52,063 nt of DNA from Candidatus Krumholzibacteriia bacterium (GTDB lineage Bacteria > Krumholzibacteriota > Krumholzibacteriia > WVZY01): NCBI GenBank assembly GCA_046754105.1, contig JBHHVD010000007.1:1-52063 (forward strand). The letters run 5' to 3'. The notes below the pieces were generated by a model that saw only the letters and a program-made list of their open reading frames with translations, did not search any database and was not told where the DNA came from. The position numbers and the translations under genes are program-made. Positions 32,929 through 40,942 of this stretch are shown here, one piece after another; the stretch's first letter is position 1, and the number at the start of each line of letters is the position of its first letter.

Positions 32929-34797
32929 TTAGTCCCGGTTGCCCGCCTTGGGAAAGGCGTCGTTCAACCATGCTTCCACTTCCGCCTCGCCCCGCGCCCG
33001 TGTGACAAATTCGAAAAACTCTCCCTTGTGGGCGATAAGATCCTCTGGATCGCCTTCCTGCTCCGCCCGCCCGTCACGAACGAAAATCACCCAGTCCGCC
33101 TGTTCCAGAAAATGCAGCCTGTGCGTAATGATCACGAGCGTGCGATCCTCCGACAACACCTTCAAAACCTCTTTCGCCTCCCTCTCGGCGTGAACGTCGA
33201 GACCCGTGGCGGGCTCATCGAAAATCATCATCGGAGACTTGCGAAGCGCGGCACGCGCGAAACTGATCCGCTGGCGCTGGCCGCCCGAAAGAGTCAACCC
33301 GCTCTCTCCCACCAACGTGTCGTATCCCTCCGGTAGACTCTCGATGAACTCGTTCGCGCCGGCGAGGTGCGCCGCCTCCTTGATTTCTTGCTGCGTCGCG
33401 TGGCGCTTACCGAAGGCGATGTTTTCGCCAATCGTCGCGCGGAACAGAAACGTCTCCTGCGTCAGCGGCGTGATCCTCTTGCGCAGGCTCTTGATACGGT
33501 ATTGAGCGATGTCCCGGTCATCCAGATAAACCGTGCCGCTTTCCGGCTCGTACAGCCGTAAGATGAGCTTGGCGATCGTCGACTTGCCAGCCCCTGTCTC
33601 TCCGATGATCAACGTCGTCTTGCCCTGCGGGATGCGGCAGCTCAGCTCGTCGAGCACCGGCCGGCCGTCGACGTAGGAGAACCGCACCCGCTCGAAGCGG
33701 ATATCGCCGCGAACGCCCGCCGCCGACACGGCGTCCGCGGGGTCCTGGACCTCGGTTACCATGTCGAAGATTTCCATGATTTTCTCGCCGCGCACCGTAG
33801 CCTTGGCCACGCGCGTGGACAGTCGCGCCACACTTTGCAGGGGCCGGTAGATTCCCCTCAGGTATGCAAGAAAAATCAACAAATCGCCGGGCGTGATCAA
33901 TCCGGCGAGCGCCTTCTTTACACCGAGCCACAATACGAGGCACGTACCGACGGCGTTTATCAACTCCACGACTCTCGAATAGTTTGCCGCCAGCCGCGTC
34001 GTTTTCACGTTGGCTTTGACGTCCCGGCCCATCGACCGGCCGATGAGCTTTTCGCGGCTCTTCTCCTGACCGAAACTCTTTACCTGCGCGATGCCGGCAA
34101 ACGACTCCTGGACCGAAGCAACGATCTTGCCGTACATCTCCCGCTGGCGCCTGGCCGACGTCTTGATCTGGCCGGAAAAGCGAAAGGCGGCCACGGTAAA
34201 GAACGGCAGCACGAGGAGCGCGACGAGACCCAGCTGCCAATCCAGCCAGAACATCACGGCCAGCATTCCCGCGATCAAGACCACGTGGCTGCCCAGGGTG
34301 ATAATGGTCGACACGAGCAAATCCTGCAGGAGCGTGATGTCACCCGTCATTCGCGTCATCAACTCGCCCGTCTCCCGGTAGTCGTGATACGACTGCGGCA
34401 GCCGTTGCACGTGCGAGAAGAGCCGCAGGCGTACGTCGGCCACCAGCCGGTGGCCGACGATCTTGGAAAGCACGCTGTGGCTGTACGTCAAGAGGCCCTT
34501 TATCACGGCCAGGGCGAGCACCGAGCCCGCGGCCACCGCCAGTATGGTCATCGGGTCCCACCCAGCCAGTCGCGACAGCGGCCCCGTCTGCGAGGATCCC
34601 CTGCCCGGCAGCAGGATGTAGTCGAATACCATTTTCAGCGGCCACGGCCGGAGCAGGGTCATCAGAGAAACACCCAGCACGGACAGAACGCTCAATGCCA
34701 GACGTACCCGGTGCGGACGCAGCTGCGGACCAAAGTGCGAAAAAATGCGTCGCAGCGAAGCAAAATCTATTTTGGGCAGTCTATATCGTATCCGCAT
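32929..34797 (-). CDS. ABC exporter, fused permease/ATP-binding (MsbA-like half transporter)
   Basis: TM domain with LLRPWPLK, Walker A GETGAGKST, signature LSGGQRQR and Walker B IFDEPATGLD. Confidence 0.93.
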   Translation of the reverse strand: MRIRYRLPKIDFASLRRIFSHFGPQLRPHRVRLALSVLSVLGVSLMTLLRPWPLKMVFDYILLPGRGSSQTGPLSRLAGWDPMTILAVAAGSVLALAVIKGLLTYSHSVLSKIVGHRLVADVRLRLFSHVQRLPQSYHDYRETGELMTRMTGDITLLQDLLVSTIITLGSHVVLIAGMLAVMFWLDWQLGLVALLVLPFFTVAAFRFSGQIKTSARRQREMYGKIVASVQESFAGIAQVKSFGQEKSREKLIGRSMGRDVKANVKTTRLAANYSRVVELINAVGTCLVLWLGVKKALAGLITPGDLLIFLAYLRGIYRPLQSVARLSTRVAKATVRGEKIMEIFDMVTEVQDPADAVSAAGVRGDIRFERVRFSYVDGRPVLDELSCRIPQGKTTLIIGETGAGKSTIAKLILRLYEPESGTVYLDDRDIAQYRIKSLRKRITPLTQETFLFRATIGENIAFGKRHATQQEIKEAAHLAGANEFIESLPEGYDTLVGESGLTLSGGQRQRISFARAALRKSPMMIFDEPATGLDVHAEREAKEVLKVLSEDRTLVIITHRLHFLEQADWVIFVRDGRAEQEGDPEDLIAHKGEFFEFVTRARGEAEVEAWLNDAFPKAGNRD

Positions 34798-37333
34798 GAC
34801 CGATCTTGTCCGTGCTGCGGATCTTGCGATCCAGTTTTTCAAGAATCCGAGTTACGGTTTCGATTCGCTGGCGCCAGGAGTGCTTGCGGGTTACCTCCGA
34901 GAGCGCTTTTTCTCCCAGCTTCTTACAAAGCACCGGGTCGTTACCGATCCGCCGCAGCGCAGCCGCCAGCGAACGGGTGTCGCCGGCAGGCACGAGCAAC
35001 GCCGACTTCTCGTGTGTCAGGATGTCCGTTATCTGGCCGATGGCCGAGGCCACGATCGGCTTGCCGGCGGCCATGTACTCGTACACTTTCAACGGTGAGA
35101 AATAGAAGTCCCGCAGTTCCGGATACGGAGCCACCAGAACGTCTACACCCCGCATGACGTTCGGGATCTCCTCGGGAGCCACCGCTCCGGTGAATGTTAC
35201 CTTGCCGTGCAACCCCATCGCTTCACACCGTTCGACAAGCTCCTTCTCCCGCGCGCCGGCGTTTCCTACCAGGCACAGGCTGAAACGATCGTCCGTCGCC
35301 GTCAACTCTCCGAGCACGTCGATCAATAACTCCACGCCGTGCCACGGCCGGATGCTGCCGACGAATCCGATGACGAAGTCCGTATCGGGAAGTTTCGTCA
35401 AACGCGAGCGCCAGCTGTCGTCCGAGACGTGGGCGTTGAACCGGTCGAGGTTTACGGCGTTTGGAATCACCGTCACGTCCGCCCCGGGGGCCCGGTTGAG
35501 GATGTAGTCCTTGAGCGGTTCCGACACCGCAGTAATGTGATCCGACGTCGAGAACAAGAATTCCTCGACCGCCTGGGCCAGTTCCACGTTCGCCAGGTCA
35601 CGGTATTGCGCGGCTTCGAGCACGAGCGGCGCGTTCACTTCCAGCACGAACGGCAGCCCCGCCTTCTGCGAAAACGTGCGCCCGGCCGTCCCGAAGAGTG
35701 AGTAGCGCTCGTATACAAAGTCGAACGGCTCGCGCCGGTGGAGGTCGGCCAGCACTTCTTCCAGCATGCGGTTGCGGTCGAATTCTTCTGCTTCGACGAT
35801 GGAGCGGCCGCTCCAGCCCGCCTCACCGGCCCGGTCGAAGAACGTCGACGAATGGCGCGGCAGCGTATGGACCGGATAGGCCGGCGTGTAGGTACGGTTC
35901 GCGTCTCGTCTCGCGGCCACCACGGTCGGGCTCAGGTCGGCCGACTGCAGCGCCTCGAGGAACTCGCGCACGTGGATCGAGCTGCCCTTCGTACCGCCGA
36001 AGGGAATGCCGCGGTCTGCGCACACGTACAGGACGCGGGAATGGGCCGCGCCACCGGCACCCGCGCCGAATCGCGGATCGCCCGCATCCGCCGCGCCGAC
36101 ACCCGCGGTATCCGCCAGGTACAGATCCACCAGGGACTTGACGTTTTTCTGCAAATCAAACTTGTCCACCGCCTTCTTGCGGCCCGCCTTCGAGAGGCGG
36201 GCGCGAAGATCGGGCGAGGAGAGCAGCCTTTCGATCTCTTCGGCGAGCGCCGCCGGTCGGTCGGGCTCGACCAGCAGTCCGTCGACCCCGGTTTCCACGA
36301 TCTCCGGCACGCCGGATATCGTGGTCGACACCGCGGGAAGTCCGCACGCCAGCGCTTCGAGCAGCACGGTCGGCAGGGCGTCGACGTTCTTGTCCTCCGC
36401 CACCGTGCACGGCAGACAAAACACCGTGGCCACGCGCATGAGCTGCCGTACCTCGTCGACGGTCCGGGGCCCGGTGAACGTCACTTCGTCCAGACGGAGC
36501 TTCCGGCGTTTTTCTTCCAGCGCCTCCGCATCCACTCCGCCCCCCACGATCAAGCACCGGTACGGCACGCCCTGTTTCTTCAAGATGGCACAGGCGTCGA
36601 GCAGATCGCCGAAGCCCTTCTTGGGAACCAGACGGCCGACGCCGAGAATCAGCTCCGGCTCGCGGCGTGCTGCGCCGTCTGACTTGAAACGTTTCAGGTC
36701 GATGCCGTTGTGAATCACCTTGATCTTGTCCGCATCGACCTCAGGGGCGTATTCGACCAGGTATCGTTTGTTGAAACTCGTGACCGTCACCACGAAGCTG
36801 GCCGCCGCCAGCTTCTCCCGCAGGTAGTGCTCGTTCCTCGTGTAGACGAAAATATCCTTCGCATGGGCGGTGAAGCTGAACGGTATGCCCGTTACCCGGT
36901 GGGCAAAATAGGCAACCGTGCTCGGCATGCTGGCGAAATGAGCGTGCAGCCTCGCCAGGCCGAGTTTTCGTGCCTGCGATGCCACCCACGCTCCCCACCA
37001 GATCTGCTCGACGCGGCCGGGGTCTTCCTCTGCCATCGCTTCGCCGACGGCGCCCCATAGATTGGCGGCATACTCCGACACCACCGGCCACTCCGCGCCG
37101 ATCCATTGAGGCCACTTCTTCGTATCCAGATCTTCGAGGTAGAGCACCCTGGCTTTCAAATCGGACACCTGCGGATGAAATCGTCCCTCGTTGGGTTTCT
37201 TTATCGAGAAGATCACGACTTCCACGCCGCGACGCTCGAGTTCGAGGATCTCGTTGAGGATGAAGGTCTCCGAGAGGCGCGGGAACATCTTGACGACATA
37301 GCCCATCTTGAGCGCGGGAGCACGATCAGTCAT
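34781..37333 (-). CDS. Double GT4 glycosyltransferase (two tandem GT-B family 4 enzymes)
   Basis: Domain 1: FPRLSETFILNEI, VGRLVPKKG, LPTVLLEALACG. Domain 2: ADRGIPFGGTKGSSIHVRE, FVGSIRPWHG, FSPLKVYEYMAAG. Confidence 0.9.
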   Translation of the reverse strand: MTDRAPALKMGYVVKMFPRLSETFILNEILELERRGVEVVIFSIKKPNEGRFHPQVSDLKARVLYLEDLDTKKWPQWIGAEWPVVSEYAANLWGAVGEAMAEEDPGRVEQIWWGAWVASQARKLGLARLHAHFASMPSTVAYFAHRVTGIPFSFTAHAKDIFVYTRNEHYLREKLAAASFVVTVTSFNKRYLVEYAPEVDADKIKVIHNGIDLKRFKSDGAARREPELILGVGRLVPKKGFGDLLDACAILKKQGVPYRCLIVGGGVDAEALEEKRRKLRLDEVTFTGPRTVDEVRQLMRVATVFCLPCTVAEDKNVDALPTVLLEALACGLPAVSTTISGVPEIVETGVDGLLVEPDRPAALAEEIERLLSSPDLRARLSKAGRKKAVDKFDLQKNVKSLVDLYLADTAGVGAADAGDPRFGAGAGGAAHSRVLYVCADRGIPFGGTKGSSIHVREFLEALQSADLSPTVVAARRDANRTYTPAYPVHTLPRHSSTFFDRAGEAGWSGRSIVEAEEFDRNRMLEEVLADLHRREPFDFVYERYSLFGTAGRTFSQKAGLPFVLEVNAPLVLEAAQYRDLANVELAQAVEEFLFSTSDHITAVSEPLKDYILNRAPGADVTVIPNAVNLDRFNAHVSDDSWRSRLTKLPDTDFVIGFVGSIRPWHGVELLIDVLGELTATDDRFSLCLVGNAGAREKELVERCEAMGLHGKVTFTGAVAPEEIPNVMRGVDVLVAPYPELRDFYFSPLKVYEYMAAGKPIVASAIGQITDILTHEKSALLVPAGDTRSLAAALRRIGNDPVLCKKLGEKALSEVTRKHSWRQRIETVTRILEKLDRKIRSTDKIGHADTI

Positions 37334-39335
37334 TGACGGCCTCCGGTGTCGGCAAACAAGAAACGAGCAGTGTGCTGCAAAAATCACCGAGCTTCTCCGT
37401 CCCGTCGAATTGAATCACCCGCCGCTTGCGTCCCGCGGCGAGCGGCTGATCGGGACTGGCCAGGAGTGAACTCACCGTCGTGTGGAGGCGTTCCGGCGTG
37501 ACGTCATCGGGATGCAGCAGTGTAATCAAACCGAGCTCCGCCAGTTTCGCGGCGCGAATGTACTGCTCCCTGCGGTGCATCATGCGCGGAATTACGAGGC
37601 CGCGCGGTGCCCAGCGCAGCGTCTGCGTAATCGTGTTGTAGCCGCCGGTGGATACCACCAGGTCGGCGCGGCGCAGGAAGGGGCTCGACGAGGAGACAAA
37701 CTCGTGGAGGGTGGCGGGCAGCCCCTCGCATTCCTCTCGAAACCGGCGGGCCAGACTCGGCGACAGGAAGGGGCCGGTCAGTATGACGCTCTCAAAACCC
37801 ACTTGCGACTGGAAACTCCGCAGCATCTCGAGGTACGAACCAATGACGACCTCACCGGCGCCGTCTCCCCCACCGATCGTAACGACGACCATGGGCCTGG
37901 CGCTTTCAACCGCCGGCTCCGGTTTCGGATCCACGGGTTGGAACTCCTGCACGTAATTGCAAAACGTTGTTTTCGCTTCGAGGGCGGGCGTGAATCCGTA
38001 GGATTCGACCGGGTTGAACAGGTCAGCGGAGCCGTAGACCAGGATGTGATCGTAGAGGTGGTCCAGTACCTGGTATACGTCGCGGGCCAGCCATGTTTCG
38101 CGCACGGTCGCGGGATCGTCGATAACATCCCGCAAACCCATGAGCTTGACACAGGACGTGTTTCGCTTGAGCCACTCGAGGGCGGGCAGCATTTCCCCCT
38201 TCATGCCGGTGGGCGCGTGATCGACGAGGAGCACGTTCGGGTTGTAGTCCCTCACCGTCCGCAGGAGCAGGTTCCGGCGCAGTTTTAGTATTCCGTCATA
38301 CGACATTCGCAGCGAGCGCGCCTCGTATTTCTCGGAGGCCACCTTGCGAACGGCCGGCAGTTTTACGTAGTCGAGCCCGGGTGGCAGGTTGTAGCGATGC
38401 ACCGCCGGCGAACCGGTGACCAGGAGAATGGAAAGCCCCTCGAACCTCGATAACAGCGCTCGCGATACGTTGAGGCAGCGTTGCAGATGCCCCAGACCGA
38501 ACGTATCGTGCGAGTAGATGAGCATGCGGGTCCCGGCGCCGAAGTTCCGCAGCTCGTGCGGGCCGGCGTCCGGCTCCGGGCCGGCTCCGCCATCGACATC
38601 GCGCAGCACTATCACCAGACCCCGCCGCGTGCCGTCCTCGTCCACGAGCGGCTCGAACTCCGCCTCGACGGAACGCCGGGCACCGGACCGGCACTCGACG
38701 TCGACTTCGGTCAGCGGTACGGTTCGTTCCGACTCCAACGCCCGGGCCAGCGACCGCCAGAAAACTTCTCCCCCCTCGGCGACGTGCATGACGTCTTCGA
38801 TCTTCCGGTTCGCCGCCTCCTCCTGGCTCCAGCCGGTGAGCGCAGCGGCCCGAGGGTTTATGAAGGTGATCACACCGCGGGTGTCCGTAACCACGATCGC
38901 CTCGCCCATGCTCTCGAGGATGGTGGAAAACGAGCGTTCATTGGCCTGCGCGCGCTGGAGCGTGCGGTGTCCGGTAAAGGCGGTGGCGAGGGCGGCCCTG
39001 AGGTCGGGCTGGCTGAACGGTTTGACGACGTAGCCGGCCGCGCCTACCTGCTGCGTGCGCTCGACGGTGTCCTGGTCGGCGTAGGCGGTCAGGAACACCA
39101 CCGCCAGGCCGTATAGATCGCGAAGTTCCCGGGCCGCATGGATGCCGTCGCGCCCCCCCGGCAAATGGATGTCCATCAGCACCAGGTCCGGACGGTTCTC
39201 GGCCGCGCATTCGAGGGCTTCGTCGGCCGTCGTGGCCGTGCCCACGACCGAATAGCCCAGCTCCTTGACCATCTTCTTGAGATGGAGCTGGACGATCGTC
39301 TCGTCCTCTACGATCAGAATGCGTTGGTCGTTCAT
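37326..39335 (-). CDS. Response-regulator receiver + PAS + predicted glycosyltransferase (COG4671-like GT-B) fusion
   Basis: REC (VEDE, LMDIHL, FLTA, KPF), PAS (ILESMGEAIVVTD..INPRAAALTGWS) and GT (YSHDTFGLGHLQR, GLRDVID, VTIGGGDG, VSTGGYNT, PR..REQ) in one ORF. Confidence 0.88.
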   Translation of the reverse strand: MNDQRILIVEDETIVQLHLKKMVKELGYSVVGTATTADEALECAAENRPDLVLMDIHLPGGRDGIHAARELRDLYGLAVVFLTAYADQDTVERTQQVGAAGYVVKPFSQPDLRAALATAFTGHRTLQRAQANERSFSTILESMGEAIVVTDTRGVITFINPRAAALTGWSQEEAANRKIEDVMHVAEGGEVFWRSLARALESERTVPLTEVDVECRSGARRSVEAEFEPLVDEDGTRRGLVIVLRDVDGGAGPEPDAGPHELRNFGAGTRMLIYSHDTFGLGHLQRCLNVSRALLSRFEGLSILLVTGSPAVHRYNLPPGLDYVKLPAVRKVASEKYEARSLRMSYDGILKLRRNLLLRTVRDYNPNVLLVDHAPTGMKGEMLPALEWLKRNTSCVKLMGLRDVIDDPATVRETWLARDVYQVLDHLYDHILVYGSADLFNPVESYGFTPALEAKTTFCNYVQEFQPVDPKPEPAVESARPMVVVTIGGGDGAGEVVIGSYLEMLRSFQSQVGFESVILTGPFLSPSLARRFREECEGLPATLHEFVSSSSPFLRRADLVVSTGGYNTITQTLRWAPRGLVIPRMMHRREQYIRAAKLAELGLITLLHPDDVTPERLHTTVSSLLASPDQPLAAGRKRRVIQFDGTEKLGDFCSTLLVSCLPTPEAVND

Positions 39336-39430
39336 GTCAGACGATCCTGTGAGTCGGTCGGGAACGCTCCGGAAGGCCCCGGAGTGGCGAGCGCTTCCCC
39401 TGACGGTCGCGCGATAACGGAGCGTTATAA

Positions 39431-39446
39431 GGCAAACGGCGGGCCA
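39431..39446 (-). promoter_or_regulatory. Sigma-54 (-24/-12) promoter
   Basis: TGGCCCGCCGTTTGCC on the minus strand has exact GG-N10-GC spacing and lies ~95 nt upstream of the REC-PAS-GT start. Confidence 0.78.
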
Positions 39447-39520
39447 GCCTTCGCAAGAATCGGCAATCTATTATAATACAGCAAGTTATATGCGGTTACG
39501 ACGGTCGAGCGCGCGGCCGC

Positions 39521-39570
39521 TGAGACAGCGGGCCGTCTCACGCCTGTCTCGAGATTGTCTCACTGAGACA
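39521..39570. promoter_or_regulatory. Candidate enhancer (UAS) sites for the sigma-54 activator
   Basis: TGAGAC-N8-GTCTCA (39521-39540), TGTCTC (39545-39550) and TGTCTCA-C-TGAGACA (39556-39570), located 75-125 nt upstream of the -24/-12 site. Confidence 0.6.
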
Positions 39571-40942
39571 CCGGCGGCTCGTCGGAGATACCCAGCTCCG
39601 TGATGCGGCGGTAGAGGGTGGCGCGGCTGATGCCCAGCAGGCGGGCGGCCTGGGTACGGTTGCCCCCGGCCTCGATCAGCGCGGCCAGAACGCGCTCGCG
39701 CTCGTCGCGGTGGACGGCGGGTGCCATCGGCGACGACCCGGTCAGCTCCGGCGGCAGGTCGTCGACCTGCACTACCCGCTGCCTGCTGGAGAGAACGGCG
39801 TGCTCGACGGCGCTCTTTAGCTCGCGCACGTTGCCCGGCCACGCGTACCCCGTCAGCAGAGCCATGGCCGCGTCGCTGAAGCTCGAGGCAACCTTGCCGG
39901 CGTCCTCGCTCGCCCGGGACAGGAACCAGTGGGCCAGCAGCGAGACGTCGGCACCCCGCTGCCGCAGCGGGGGCAGCCCGATCCTCGCCACGCGGATACG
40001 GAACAGCAGGTCGGCGCGGAAACGCTCGTTGCTCACCTCTTCGGCGAGGTCGCGCTGCGTGGCCGTGATCAAGCGCACGTCCACCTTGCGTGGCCGCGAC
40101 TCGCCGAGACGCGTTACCTCGCGGTCTTCGAGCACGCGAAGCAGCGAGTTCTGCACGGCGCGGGTGATGTCACCGATCTCGTCGAGAAACAACGTGCCGC
40201 CGTCGGCCGCCTCGAACAACCCCTTCTGGTCGGTCACCGCACTCGTGAAGGCGCCCTTCTTGTGCCCGAAGAGCTGGCTCGACAGGAGCGTTTCCGTAAG
40301 GGCCGCGCAGTTGACGGCGATGAACGGCGCCTTACAACGAGGGCTCGCCGTGTGAATCGCGCGCGAGACCAGTTCCTTGCCCGTACCCGTCTCTCCTTCC
40401 ACCAGCACCGTCCAGTCGACCTGCGAGAACTCCTGGATCTTCTCGAAGACGTCGCGCATCGACGGGTCAGCGCCGATCAAGTCGTGAAAGCGGTTCTCCT
40501 TCTTCACCATTCGACGCAGTTCCTCCAGATCGCGCGGGTCCATCCCCGAGCGCCGGGTGCCGATTTCCCGCAGGATGCCGAACGCCGTCATGAGCACCGC
40601 GCGGACCTCCTCCTGGTTGAACGGTTTGACGATGTAACCGACCGCGCCCACCTCCTGCGTGCGCGCGACCGTCTCCTTGTCGGCGTGCGCGGTCAGAAAC
40701 ACCACCGAGACCCCGTGCCGCTTCTTGAGTTCGCGGGCGGTGTCGATGCCATCCCGCTCGCCCTGCAGCCGGATATCCATCAGCACCAGGTCGGGGGGCG
40801 CATCCGCCGCCGTCTCGAGCGCATCGGCGGCGTTGGTCGCCACTCCGGACACCTCGTAACCCAGTTCGGTGAGGATCTTCCTCAAGTGCAGCTGAACGAT
40901 GCTCTCGTCTTCCACGACGAGGATTTTCTTGCCACTCATCAT
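39560..40942 (-). CDS. Sigma-54-dependent response regulator (REC-AAA+-Fis HTH)
   Basis: REC, GETGTGKEL, GAFTSA (GAFTGA loop), LFLDEIGD, WPGNVREL and AARLLGISRATLYRR motifs. ATGA overlap with the kinase stop. Confidence 0.93.
   Translation of the reverse strand: MMSGKKILVVEDESIVQLHLRKILTELGYEVSGVATNAADALETAADAPPDLVLMDIRLQGERDGIDTARELKKRHGVSVVFLTAHADKETVARTQEVGAVGYIVKPFNQEEVRAVLMTAFGILREIGTRRSGMDPRDLEELRRMVKKENRFHDLIGADPSMRDVFEKIQEFSQVDWTVLVEGETGTGKELVSRAIHTASPRCKAPFIAVNCAALTETLLSSQLFGHKKGAFTSAVTDQKGLFEAADGGTLFLDEIGDITRAVQNSLLRVLEDREVTRLGESRPRKVDVRLITATQRDLAEEVSNERFRADLLFRIRVARIGLPPLRQRGADVSLLAHWFLSRASEDAGKVASSFSDAAMALLTGYAWPGNVRELKSAVEHAVLSSRQRVVQVDDLPPELTGSSPMAPAVHRDERERVLAALIEAGGNRTQAARLLGISRATLYRRITELGISDEPPVSQ

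Noticed and set aside
28393..37333. Canonical alginate biosynthesis operon
   Set aside because: Only an AlgE-like porin is present. There are no Alg8 (GT2), Alg44, AlgK, AlgD, AlgG, AlgL or acetylation gene equivalents.
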